Origin: Eledone cirrhosa
Lineage: Eukaryota
Direction: 5' to 3'
Assembly: GCA_964016885.1 (NCBI GenBank)
Contig: OZ024740.1
Coordinates: 309,318,001 to 309,382,000 of the forward strand
Length of the DNA: 64,000 bases
Program-made: the position numbers and the translations under genes
Part shown: one piece after another, positions 40,322-56,475 of the stretch
How positions within the stretch are numbered: the stretch's first letter is position 1
Layout of the letters: each line of letters begins with the position of its first letter
Notes under the pieces: generated by a model
Seen by the model: the letters and a program-made list of their open reading frames with translations, nothing else
Database searches by the model: none
What the model was told of the DNA's origin: nothing

Positions 40322-41159
40322 CTAAAGCACTTCAGGATAGACGATATTCTTTGTTTTTCTTTTCGGAACAAATGCAAAGAGATTATCTTGACTGCCAACT
40401 CGTGAGCAGGCAATGTAGAATTGTCCGTGCGAAAAGCAAGGTTCATCCAAGTGAATTCCAGTGACGGACAGAGTTTGACCTTGCGACTTGTTTATGGACA
40501 TCGCAAAGGAAACACGAAGGGGAAATTGGGTTCGGTGAAAGGAGAAGGGAGTATCCACGTCTGATGTAGTAAAAGCTGTAGGTCCCAATGGTTTGAATGG
40601 AAAGTCCCATAAGGATTGTTCTAAAAATAAACAAATCATCATCAAAATCTCGTCAATTCGAGACTGCTGCGAGATTAGGCCCTTACCGCGAAAATTAACA
40701 CTTAATATAGTGAAACAAGTTAAAACAACAAGTGTTTTTTTAACTTTGAAAGTGCAACAAAGAATAAACAAGAAACAAACGATAATATTAGTGATTTATC
40801 TTCAAATGAATCAAATGAAATGATTCTGAAATTTCGTCCGACGATGATTGTTGTTTTAAAATTGAAAACGAAGGTCTCCATATCTTACTCTCTTTACAAG
40901 GATTGTCAATAAAGTTGGTTAGCTCCCTTTTTTTATAAGGATTGTCAATAAAGTTGGTTATCTCCCTTACATCAATTTTGATATCGATTTTTTATTGCTC
41001 AACGTGGGTCGATTGGAAAAATGTTTGTGTTGTGACCATCTTAGCGACCTGTGCAACATGCACATACATTTTGATCAAATTCGGTTGGTAATTGTAAAAA
41101 CCTTAGGTATCCAAAGTTGTACACAGACACACACACCCTTGCCTTTATATATATAAAGA
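40322..41159 (-). mobile_element. Internally deleted Helitron retaining the helicase C-terminus
   Basis: Minus strand starts A|TCTTTATATATATAAAG. Encodes PFSFHRTQFPLRVSFAMSINKSQGQTL...PCFSHGQFYIACSRV...TKNIVYPEVL*, i.e. Pif1-like motifs V/VI of Helitron RepHel. The 3' end was not resolved. Confidence 0.85.
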
Positions 41160-41292
41160 TATTCTATTAAGTTATATCTGTATATACAGAATAGGGGTAA
41201 CCTTGATCATGTAAATGTATATATAAAAACAACTTACTATATTCTATAATTTAACTTATATATTTCTTCATTTTTTTCTATTCTATTTTCAG

Positions 41293-41392
41293 TGGAGAAA
41301 ATTTAATGACTGATAGAGATGATGATTTTATCTTTGAAGATTTTGCCCGTCTGCGTCTTAAAGGTCACGAAGGAGATGACACTGAGGCTTAA
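41293..41392 (+). CDS. ARRB: Beta-arrestin last coding exon (AP2-binding motif, stop codon)
   Basis: ttcAG acceptor; GENLMTDRDDDFIFEDFARLRLKGHEGDDTEA then TAA. DDFIFEDFARLR is the beta-adaptin-binding motif of non-visual arrestins. Confidence 0.96.
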
Positions 41393-42129
41393 TCTGTTTA
41401 AGCTGACCTGTTGCTACTGCTGCTGCTGCTGTTGCTCTCTTGTCCTTCCTTCAAACATTCACAAAATATTCTCTAATTTCTGTTCCCTTCATCTTCTTCA
41501 TCGTGGTGCCACATCAGTTCTATTGCTGATACTGGTCAGTTGCTGCAACATGATCCTCATGTGTGCTTTTTAGACCAGAACTAAATCTTGACATTTCAAA
41601 AAAGATAATTTCATTCTAATGTTATAAATTTTCTCATCTATCTGTAAGTCCAAGAAAGATGTCAAAAAACAAACAAACAAACGAAATATATGGAGACAAA
41701 ATCCTTAGATCTTTTGTAAAGATTAAAATAAAAAAAAAATGTGTTCCATTAGTTGAGTCACCTATACTCATCTCGAGGACTGTTATATATTTTTATCTCA
41801 TAACTACAAGATACAACTCATGAAATCTGCCAACATTTATCTCATATTTAATTACTTCTTGTATACATGAACTCAAATATCAACACATACACAAAAGGAA
41901 GTTTAAAAATACATGGTTTTGTACATATGTGCTTGACTGTTCACTTATTTACAAACATATATGCATAATTGCCAGATATAATTCTCTGTGTGTGTGTATG
42001 TGTGTGTGTGTATATATATTTACATAGATACAAATATATATATATATATATACAGGCATATATCTATATTATATCTATTTATGTGTGCTTATATCTATAT
42101 TATATATATAGACATATATACGTATATGA

Positions 42130-42161
<32 letters not shown>

Positions 42162-42340
42162 GACATATATCTATATTATATATATATATAGACATATATA
42201 TATGTTAATATATTTATATAATATATATATATATGTATTCACACACACACAAACAAACACTCACTCATTGTCAAACATACAAATTATCGATATCCATGGA
42301 TGTGATTTAATTTATATGTTGATAAATAAACATTTACACA
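41393..42340 (+). other. Probable 3' UTR of the arrestin gene
   Basis: Mostly unique sequence after the stop codon. Candidate AATAAA signals near 41727 and 42325. The true end is unknown without transcript data. Confidence 0.45.
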
Positions 42341-42539
42341 TATTTCAAAGTTAAAGTTATTTTATATGTTTAGTGTTAATAGTGAATATTAGAGGAGGAC
42401 GATTCTGTTGTTAGGGAGATTGAGACAAATCATTGTTACCAACCTCGTATTTGGGCCAGGGGGTTGCAACTCACATAGGTTTTCACAATCTACAATGTGT
42501 ATGGCTGCATTTTCTTGTGTCAACAATACTAGGATGTTG

Positions 42540-45070
<2,531 letters not shown>

Positions 45071-46921
45071 TAAAAACCATGTTATATTGAATAATTTTTC
45101 ATATTCCAGTATTAGTCCTTTATGTTTAGGTTGGAATAAATGAATTCCTTTGTTTGTAAACGTCTCAATACAATCTTGATTTCCTCTTCTGAATAACGTG
45201 TTAATATTGACACTATAATTGCCACACTTTTGTCGTAGGCAACAAAGTAAATGGGAAAAGATGATGTAGCTGATTAAATTGTCGTTGCTCTATTTAAATT
45301 GTTTATTTGTTTCCTGTGTGTTATTTTCATAATTTGTTCCTGAATGGATTTAGGAACATCATTGTTTATAAACTAAACATCCAGGACTAATAAATAAATA
45401 TATGAAAATTCATTAGTAAAATAGATTAAAATTGAATATTCATGTCTTCACTATAACATGTTTCAAAAACAAGCTGATACATGTATATATATATATATAT
45501 ATATGGATATCAGTATCACTGTTTAATGTCTATTTTCCATGCTTGCCTGGTTTATATATATATATGAAATACATAAAGTTTCATGCACTTAACATCTATG
45601 AAACCTTATTTATACTAAATAAGCTCTCTTGCAATAAATTGACCATTGTTTCCCTTGACATTTAACCACGGATATCAAACATATACACACACATATATGT
45701 ATATATATGTATATATATATATACATACACTCACACATATATATATAAAATAATAATAATAGTAATAATGATGATGATGATGATGATGATGAGCAGAAAG
45801 GAAGTATCAATATAACATAAATATATTTATTCAAACATATATGTATATGCATTTATATAAATTAGATTATTTTGTACCTACTATGTAATTGTATAGCTGC
45901 AGCCTGATGATGCCCTTCATTCCAATACCGGTAATTATTGCAGGTTGGGACATGATTCAGAAGATCAAGTGTGATTGTTACTTTACTTGTGAGGAATGGG
46001 TCTCGGGAGTTAGGTCATGTGAGTTATGGGCTACGCTTGCTTTAATTGGTATATAGCTTTGGTTTGTTCTAGATGTGTTTCTGTGCAAGTGTAGGCAGTG
46101 TGTGTTGGAATAGGTTTATGTATTTATGTGCATGTGTATATATAAATCTCTCTATATATATATAAACACACACATGCACACATACACATGCACATATATA
46201 CATTTACATATATATATATATATACATACATATACATTTTCATAAATATGTACATATATATATACACACACACACATACATATGTATATATATATATATA
46301 GTAATAATAAATGTGAGACTAAAATCCGAAGAGTGCTCCATAAGGAATATATATATAAACTATATTTATTATAAGAGCAGGTTAAAGTTGAAGCAAAGAA
46401 AACCAAACTTATCCTGGTTTTTGTCCGCTTTATCCTGGTTGTCGAAATAGAAGGTATGCCAATGCATCCTTTTAAGAAACAAATCCGTTTTTTGAAGATC
46501 CCGTTAAAGGTGAAAGCAGCAATTCTTTCCTTAAATTTTAATCTGTTCTTACAATATATATATATATATGTGTGTGTTAGATAATTCCGAAGAAAAAGCA
46601 AAGGAAAAAAGAGTGCTCTATGTATAGGACAGAGCTATTTAATTAGAAAGTGAACCACAAAATATGACTACTCCATTACCAGAGGTTTCTGGATCCCAGA
46701 CAATATTAATATATGGGATCCAGAAACCTTTGGTAGTGGAGCAGTTATATTTTGTGTTGTTCACTTTCTAAATGTATATATATATATAGAGAGTTATGTA
46801 ATAAACAACATAAGGCAATTATTCCATTTACCAGTGGTTTCTTAAAAGCAAAAAATTAAGCTCTGTTACCTACATAGAGCACTCTTTTTTCCTGGACTTT
46901 TCCGATGGAATTACTTCATTT

Positions 46922-46955
<34 letters not shown>

Positions 46956-47011
46956 TTCGTTTCTGAATTTGTTTAGCAAGATTCTTTAACTGAAATCGTG
47001 TGTTGAAACCG

Positions 47012-47431
47012 ATATTGTTATACTTTGGGAGGGTCATGTTGCCAATAAGAAACACACGCACCAGTTGCTTTCACTTCAATTTATTATAATAAATTTATAA
47101 ATTTAGGAATAAATCTATAAATTTCTGGTTGGTTGGTTGGTTCCACAACCAGATAGTTGTTTATATATTGTCAAAGTTCTTTCGTCACACATTCTGTGAC
47201 CTCTTCAGTGACTGGGGATTCTTTTCTTTGTTTTTGTGCCTCTCCTTTGTTCTGTCCTACGCCCTTTTGTTTCTCAGAAACAATATATAAACAACTATCT
47301 GGTTGTGGAACCAACCAACCAACCAGAAATTTATAGATTTATTCCTAAATTTATAAATTTATTATAATAAATTGAAGTGAAAGCAACTGGTGCGTGTGTT
47401 TCTTATTGGCAACATGACCCTCCCAAAGTAT

Positions 47432-47439
<8 letters not shown>
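47012..47439. repeat. Fold-back inverted repeat (160-bp arms) enclosing a hammerhead motif; related copy at 48148..48552
   Basis: 47012..47171 is the reverse complement of 47280..47439 with no mismatch seen. Confidence 0.93.
47170..47212 (-). ncRNA. Minimal hammerhead ribozyme (sister copy at 48276..48318)
   Basis: Minus strand: GTCA-CTGAAGA-G-GTCACA gaatg TGTGAC-GAAA-GAAC-TT-TGAC. Confidence 0.65.
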
Positions 47440-47483
<44 letters not shown>

Positions 47484-47624
47484 GAGTTAAACAAGATTCA
47501 ATGAGTACATCAAAGAATGAGTTTTACAGTAGATTGGAAGCACTCTACAGTAAAAATAATTTTCCAGAGTTATTAATATTAAAATACAAATATTAATAAA
47601 ATAGATGTTCTTTTGATCAATTAA

Positions 47625-47677
47625 ATTTTATTATACATATTTCAGAGGTACAACAGTACATCCTCATCAGACAAAAT
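47625..47677 (-). ncRNA. Minimal hammerhead ribozyme (family 1)
   Basis: Minus strand: ATTTTGT-CTGATGA-GGATGTAC tgtt GTACCTCT-GAAA-TATGTA-TA-ATAAAAT. Confidence 0.72.
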
Positions 47678-47692
47678 ATAATGATACATGTA

Positions 47693-47750
<58 letters not shown>

Positions 47751-48571
47751 TAAATATGTATATATATATATATGTGTGTGTGTGAATAAGAGTGGGTATA
47801 ACACTCATTCATTACCAAATGTGAAAAAGCTCAATGTATTATGGAAGAATAAAGAGCATAATAATTGAAATCAAGTGACAATCCAAAAATCATACTTCAA
47901 ACATTTTGTTAACATTTGCCTGTTTTAATTTTAGTGTTATCTAGTAGCATTAAAATTGAAATGTGAGTAAATAAAATGATTTGAAGTATCATCTTTGGTT
48001 AAAAAAAAAAAATATGTGTGTGTATATATATGTATATATAAATATGTGTATATATACACACACATATATGTATATACATATGTCCGTGTTTATAAATATA
48101 TAGTTATGTGTGCGTGTATATATATATATAGATATAGATATAAAAATATATTGTTACACTTTGGGAGGGTCATACTGCCAAAAAAAATACCATTTATTAT
48201 AAGCACCATTTATTATAAATTTCCGGTTGGCTGGCTGGTTGGTTGGTTGGATAACCGGATGGTTGTTTATATATTGTCAAAGCTTTTTCGTCATACATTC
48301 TGTGACCTCCTCAGTGACTGGGTTATTATTTTGTGTCCCTCCTTTGTCCTGTCCTACACCATTTTATTTTTGTGTGTTGTGGTTATCGAACCAACCAACC
48401 AACCAACCAGAAATTTATAATAAATTGAAGTGAAACCCAACAGGTGCGTGTGTTTTTATTGGCTGCATGACCCTCCCAAAGTACAACAATATCTGTTTCA
48501 ACACATGTTTTCAGATAAGAAATCTTGCAAAACAAGCTCAAAAACGAAATATATATATATATATATATATA

Positions 48572-48831
48572 TATATCAACTAGAAATTGATTGACATATA
48601 TATACATATATATATATTTAAAATAAACACATGAAGCAATCACAGGGGATAATTTGTAAAGTGTGTAAGCACACACAGCTTGTGTGTGCTTACACATATA
48701 AAGTGTAAAGTGTGTAAGCACATACAGCTTGTGTGCTTACACACTTTACAAATTATCCCCTGTGATTGCTTCATGTGTTTATTTTAAATATATATATGTA
48801 TATATATGTCAATCAATTTCTAGTTGATATA
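48572..48831. repeat. Fold-back inverted repeat (about 100-bp arms) with an internally duplicated palindromic centre
   Basis: TATATCAACTAGAAATTG...GTGTGTAAGCACAC pairs with GTGTGCTTACACAC...CAATTTCTAGTTGATATA. Confidence 0.9.
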
Positions 48832-48929
48832 AAATGCTAGGATCTATTGATTGGAATCTTTGAGCTTATTCTACGGTGGATATGGCGCATGTCTCAGACA
48901 TGACCCTTAATTTAATTTAATTTTGGATA

Positions 48930-49880
48930 TATATATATGTGTGTGTATATATGTACATATATATATGTATATATGTATATATATATTATATGTGTATATG
49001 TATATATATGTATATATATATATATTATATGTATATATATATATTATATGTATATATATATATTATATGTATATATATATATTATATGTATATATATGTA
49101 TATATGTATATATATATTATATATGTATATATATATTATATATGTATATATATATTATATGTATATATATATTTTATATGTATATATGTATATATATATT
49201 ATATGTATATATGTATATATATTTTATATGTGTATATGTATATATATATTTTATATGTATATATGTATATATATATTATATGTATATATGTATATATATT
49301 TTATATGTGTATATGTATATATATATTTTATATGTATATATGTATATATATATATTATATGTATATATGTATATATATATTATATGTATATATGTATATA
49401 TATATTTTATGTATATATATTTTATATGTGTATATGTATATATATATATTATATGTGTATATGTATATATTATATGTATATATGTATGTATATATTATAT
49501 GTATATATGTATATATATATTATATGTATATATGTATATATTATATGTATATATGTATATATATATTATATGTGTATATATATATATTATATGTGTATAT
49601 ATATATTATATGTGTATATATATATATTATATGTGTATATATATATATTATATGTGTATATATATATATTATATGTGTATATATATATATTATATGTGTA
49701 TATATATATATTATATATATATATTATATGTATATATGTATATATATATATATTATATGTATATATGTATATATATTGTATGTATATATGTAGTATGTAT
49801 ATATGTATATATATATATTGTATGTATATATGTATATATATATTATATGTATATATGTATATATATATATTATATGTATG
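48930..49880. repeat. Degenerate (TA)n tract punctuated by TATTATATG
   Basis: Direct reading of the sequence. Confidence 0.93.
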
Positions 49881-50096
49881 TGTACAGGCCTTTGCACCTT
49901 TAATATTGTTTGGCTCTCTGAAGGCATTAGTAAGTTGCTTCAACAAAGATTCCAGAATTGTAATATACATGTATATAGATCTTTGTACAGTACTTCAATC
50001 ATACAAAATTTCTACGTAAGTTTTATGTTCTTGCCATTGTTTGAATGTATGTATTTATATATACATAATTATATATATATATAAAATTATACATAT

Positions 50097-50128
<32 letters not shown>

Positions 50129-50404
50129 GTGTGTGTTTGTGTGTTTGTAATCATGTATGTATGTATAGATCTGTATATATGTTAATATATGTGTAAGTGA
50201 AGGTGCATGGACTTAATAAAAAGGTGAGCTTGACTGCTTCATTAGTCAGTTTTATGTTACTAGTTTTAAAACGACTGCATATCAGTAATGAGAAATTTTT
50301 TGAATTGCCATTGACTTAGTCTTAGCATTAAATATCTGATAGTATTTTATATTTTTCCACAGCTCTTCAATTTGTTATAGTAAACAGTTACACACACATA
50401 TATA

Positions 50405-50458
<54 letters not shown>

Positions 50459-50459
<1 letters not shown>

Positions 50460-50596
50460 TCTCGGGTCCCAAATAATAGGATTGGGGGGGGGGGGGGGGT
50501 CGATAATTTTTCTAGCTTGTCTAAGAGCGGGGAGGGCGGAGATAGATTAACAACATTTAACATGAAGGGAGGAGGCGATTATTTGAGACTCGAGAG
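50459..50596. mobile_element. Small TA-flanked MITE
   Basis: TA|CTCTCGGGTCCCAAATAAT ... ATTATTTGAGACTCGAGAG|TA. Confidence 0.75.
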
Positions 50597-50982
50597 TATA
50601 TATTAGGAATTTACAAATTGGTACAATACTATAATGCAACGAATATTATTTCAATCCTGCCACTCACACATTTGTTGAATAAAAACAGGTGTGATGACTG
50701 AAATTAGAGTAAACTCACTACAGTACAGCCATGAAGCGACCATATAAGGGTGATTGAAATATTCAAGAGGTTCAACTTGAAAACACCCTGATCCTCCCAA
50801 AACTGTTAAATGCAAACACTAAAAATTTGCTAATTAACATTTTCAAGATGTAATAATAGGATTTTACAAGGATCTTATCAGTGGACATTAGTCTTAAAAA
50901 GGGGTAACCAAAAGGTCTAAGACTTTCAGTTGGCATTTGTGTGTGGGATCTGATGATAGCCACTATAATGTTTCAGCAGGAT

Positions 50983-51045
<63 letters not shown>

Positions 51046-52262
51046 GAATCTAATATAGAAATGGCTTTTATTTAATATAGAAAAAGAAATCATTCTGATG
51101 ATTTCCTTCAAAGGAAACAGTTCTAGTCCTGTAGAAGCCATTTCTATATTAAATTTGATGTTTACACTCTACTAATGTACTGAGTACCTAACTTACTGTT
51201 GTTACCGATTGGACCTGGGACTCGCATATATAAATATATGTGTGTGTGTGTGTGTGCCTGTTTGTGTATATATATATATATATATATATTTTCACACATA
51301 AAGGATATATATTTGGAATCTCGGCAAGCAAAGTTTTAGAATTAAAATTAGAAGCATTGCCATAGCGATATTATTTCCATTTCAATATATCTAAAATAAT
51401 ACAACCATGAATACAAGCAGCTGAAATGGAGTTTGTCTGGAAAGTCTGTGGAATAATGTTAATCAATAGAATGCATACCTCAGAGATCAGAAGTCGCTCC
51501 CAATTGAGAGGCCACAGCTCCGATACTATGGGCATGTGATTAGAATGTCTCAGGAATTTACAGGCAAAACCAGCCAGCAGGAGATCAGAAGGTTGATCCC
51601 AAGCAAGATGGTTGGATAACATCCATGAGCTTGGCTGGTCTTACTTAGGGATCCAGCTGGATCAGTTGGAATAGGTTGCTTTTGATAGGACCAACTGGAA
51701 TGAGTATTTGAGGACTTTGCCTCCATGACCCTCTCCGGAATAAGTGAACGAAGAAGATATACATATATAAGTATATATATAAGTATATATATATATAAAT
51801 ATATACTTATATATATATATAAGTATATACTTATATATATATATATATATATACTGATGCCCCCACACCCTCCCACTGCAAAGTGGTCGTGGAGGTGCCA
51901 CGGCAAAAAAAGCACCCAGCCCACACTGTAAAGTGGACGTGTAGGCGCCACGGAAAAAAGCACCCAGTAAATGAGGTTGGTGTTAGGAAGGGCATCCGGC
52001 TGTAGAAATCAATCCCAAATCAGTTCCTGTATGAGCAAGGCATAGTCAGCCGACCAGACACTGCCCACAACAGGACAACCTGTCTAACCCATTCTAGCAT
52101 GGAAGAACGGACGTAAAACGGTGATGATGATGATGATGATGATATATATATACTTATATAGATGTATATATAAGTATATATATATGTATATATATACTTA
52201 TATATACATATATATATGTATATATATACTTATATATACATATATATATGTATATATATACT

Positions 52263-52357
<95 letters not shown>

Positions 52358-52418
52358 TTATATATATATATATACAACCAACATATACTCAAAATCTACT
52401 TATATATATATATATATA

Positions 52419-52464
<46 letters not shown>

Positions 52465-52654
52465 AAGGTTAAACAAGGTTCAATGAATAAATCAAAGAAT
52501 AAGTTTTACAATAGATTGGAAGCACTCAACCGAAATGGTTTTCCGGAGTTTTTAATATTAATTCAAAATATTAACAAAATAGATATTCTTGTGATGAAGT
52601 ATATATGACTGAATCTTAACCATCTACTATGTCAGGGTATGTCATTCATCATCT

Positions 52655-52722
52655 TATTTTATCTGATGAGGACGTACTGTTGAAGTTAAATCAGTACCTC
52701 TGAAATATGTATAAATAAAATA
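52655..52722 (+). ncRNA. Hammerhead ribozyme motif (family 1), within a short inverted repeat (about 52557-52768)
   Basis: TATTTTAT-CTGATGA-GGACGTACTG loop CAGTACCTCT-GAAA-TATGTA-TA-A-ATAAAATA. One extra A at the cleavage junction. Confidence 0.62.
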
Positions 52723-52862
52723 TACTTGATCACAAGAATATCTATTTTGTTAATATTTTGAATTAATACATATATGTAAAAGATAAACAGAAATAACAAC
52801 ACAATCGGTACAGTATATGGAAGGGATATATTAGGTTAACGCTTGATATAGCAGGAAGAGGG

Positions 52863-52898
52863 TCTTAACGTTTCGGACGCTAGTCCTTCATCAGAAGA
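52863..52898 (-). ncRNA. Minimal hammerhead ribozyme (degenerate sister copy near 15470-15498)
   Basis: Minus strand: TCTT-CTGATGA-A-GGAC tagc GTCC-GAAA-CG-TT-AAGA. Stem III is reduced to the palindrome AACGTT. Confidence 0.65.
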
Positions 52899-53778
52899 AA
52901 GAATGAAAAATAAGATAGATTGAGGTGATGGGCGGGATGGAATTGGAAAAAATGTCTTTAGATAAAAATAACAGGTCCATTCATGTTGACATCTCTTGCA
53001 AATACTTATATATGTATATCTCTATATGTATATATATATGTATATATATAAATATATATATATCTATATATATATATATATATATATATTAACTATATAA
53101 TACGTTAGTGTATCTCAAGACACATATTAGTAAGTATAATGGGTTGTGTAGTTGTTTGTTTGTAGTGTGTGTGGTTTAGGGCAAGGTCAGAAGAATGGGT
53201 TATAGGGAGCTGTGAGCGAGAGGCTAAAAGAAAATGCAATAAACAAGATAAACCTTGTTTAAAAAACGGTATACATTTTGTGTTTTAAAGGAAAAGAAAG
53301 ATGTGTGTGTGAGTTAATGTTAAAATTAAAATACACACCTACTTAATCCTAAACAATGTATACATTTTTAAACAAGTTTTATCTTGTTTATTGTATCTTA
53401 TTTTATTCTAGCTTCTCCCTATAGTTCATTCTTCTTACCTTACCCTGACCTGCATGAACTACAAATAAACTACATATCCCACTTTACATATGTGTGTGTA
53501 TATATATATAGGTATGTATATATATATAGGTATAGGTATAGGTATGTAATATATATATAGGTATATATATATATATATATATAGGTATATATATATATAT
53601 ATATGTATGTATATATATATATAGGTATGTGTATATATATATAGGTGTGTATATATATATACATACCTATATATATATATATATATATAGGTATGTATAT
53701 ACATACCTATATATATATATATATATATATACATACCTATAAATATATATATATATATATATACATACATACCTATAA

Positions 53779-53830
<52 letters not shown>

Positions 53831-54107
53831 AGGCACATGGCTTAGTGGTTAGAGCATTGGCCTTGCAATCGAAAGGTTGTGAGTTCAATTCTCAGACCGG
53901 GTGATGTGTTGTTTCCTTGAGCAAGACACTTTATTTCACATTGCTCCAGTTTACTTAGCTGTAGAATGAGATGATAGGGACTGGAGTCCTATCATCTATG
54001 TATATATATATATATATATAGTAGTAATAATAAAATTGAAGACTAAATCCAAAGAGGGCTCGATAAGGAAAATATATATCAAATATATAAGAACCGTAGA
54101 GCATGTA

Positions 54108-54157
<50 letters not shown>

Positions 54158-54244
54158 CATATATGTATATATATATATAGGTATGTATATATATCTATAT
54201 ATATATATATATATATCTATACATATATATATATATATCTATAC

Positions 54245-54278
<34 letters not shown>

Positions 54279-54327
54279 GTATATGTATATATATGTATAT
54301 ATATATATGTATATGTATATATATATG

Positions 54328-54360
<33 letters not shown>

Positions 54361-54361
54361 G

Positions 54362-54399
<38 letters not shown>

Positions 54400-54556
54400 T
54401 ACATATATGTATATATATATACATATATGTATATATATATATATACATATATGTATATATATATATATACATATATGTATATATATGTATATATATATAT
54501 GTATATATATATATACATATATGTATATATATATATATATACATATATGTATATAT

Positions 54557-54587
<31 letters not shown>

Positions 54588-54641
54588 CATATATGTATAT
54601 ATATATATACATATATGTATGTATATATATATATACATACA

Positions 54642-54681
<40 letters not shown>

Positions 54682-54754
54682 TGTAGGTCCCGGGTTGAGT
54701 CGGGGATAACCACAGTAAGTAAGGTACTCAATACATGGCAGAGTAAAAAAATTT

Positions 54755-54876
54755 TATTTTATAGAAGGAGCTTCTACAGGACTAGCACTGTTTCATTCAG
54801 ATGAAATCTTCAGCTTCCTGAAGATTTCATCTGAATGAAACAGTGCTAGTCCTGTAGAAGCTCCTTCTATAAAATA
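54755..54876. repeat. Perfect palindrome (59-bp arms, 4-nt loop CTTC)
   Basis: TATTTTATAGAAGGAG...ATCTTCAG cttc CTGAAGAT...CTCCTTCTATAAAATA. Confidence 0.95.
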
Positions 54877-54888
54877 TATACATATATG

Positions 54889-54919
<31 letters not shown>

Positions 54920-54920
54920 G

Positions 54921-54968
<48 letters not shown>

Positions 54969-54986
54969 CATATATATATATATACA

Positions 54987-55031
<45 letters not shown>

Positions 55032-55089
55032 TTGTATATATATATATACATATATATATATCATATACATATATATATATATATATACA

Positions 55090-55133
<44 letters not shown>

Positions 55134-55201
55134 TGTATATATATATATATATATATATACATATATGTATATATATATATATATATATACATATATGTAT
55201 A

Positions 55202-55235
<34 letters not shown>

Positions 55236-55273
55236 CATATATGTATATATATATATATATACATATATGTATA

Positions 55274-55309
<36 letters not shown>

Positions 55310-55507
55310 CATATGTATATATATATACATATATATATATATACATATATGTATATATATATATATATATACATATATGTATATATATATATATACATAT
55401 ATGTATATATATATGTATATATATATATATATATACATATATGTATATATATATATATACATATATGTATATATATATGTATATATATATGTATATATAC
55501 ATATATG

Positions 55508-55539
<32 letters not shown>

Positions 55540-55559
55540 CATATATGTATATATATATG

Positions 55560-55609
<50 letters not shown>

Positions 55610-56046
55610 CATATATGTATATACATATATGTATATACATATATATATACATATATGTATATACATATATGTATATACATATATGTATATGTATATATAT
55701 ATACCTATATGTATATGTATATATATATACCTATATGTATATGTATATATATATACCTATATGTATATATATATACATACCTATATATATATATACATAT
55801 ATGTATATGTATATATATATATATACCTATATGTATATATATATACATACCTATATATATATATACATATATGTATATGTATATATATATGCATACCTAT
55901 ATGTATATATATATATATATATATACACATACCTATATATATATATACATACCTGTGTATATATATATATATATACATACCTATGTATATATACACATAC
56001 CTATATATATATACACATACCTATATATATATATATATACACATAC

Positions 56047-56081
<35 letters not shown>

Positions 56082-56121
56082 CCTATATATATATATATAT
56101 ATATATATACGCATACCTATA

Positions 56122-56412
56122 TCATCATCATCATCATCATGAACGTTTAACGTCCGTGTTCCACGCTTGCATGGGTTTGGACGGGGGTAGTCCCACTTGA
56201 GGCAAGAGTGATTGTCTTGCTCGCATAGGACTGTCTGGCAGGTTTTCTACAGTTGGATGCCCTTCCTAACACCAACCACATTTACAGTGTGGGTCTGGGA
56301 GGTTTTTACCGTGTTGCCTACACGGCCACATTACAGCGTGGACTGTGTGTTTTTTTGTCGTGACACCTACACGATCTCATTTGTTTCGGCCTGGATGGTG
56401 TGGCACCAACAC
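56122..56412 (-). mobile_element. Heavily 5'-truncated copy of the RTE LINE 3' UTR
   Basis: Almost identical to 15707..15995; (TGA)n tail. Confidence 0.92.
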
Positions 56413-56439
56413 ACACATATATATATATATATATACATA

Positions 56440-56475
<36 letters not shown>

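Noticed and set aside
40322-40771. Cellular Pif1 helicase gene
   Set aside because: Only the C-terminal motifs are present, ending in the Helitron-typical TKNIVY.EVL and fused to non-coding Helitron 5' sequence.
41319-41573. 84-aa Cys-rich ORF overlapping the last arrestin exon
   Set aside because: An alternative frame running through a (CTG)n repeat in the 3' UTR. The arrestin frame explains the sequence.
45904-45940. CTGATGA motif
   Set aside because: No downstream stem II or GAAA.
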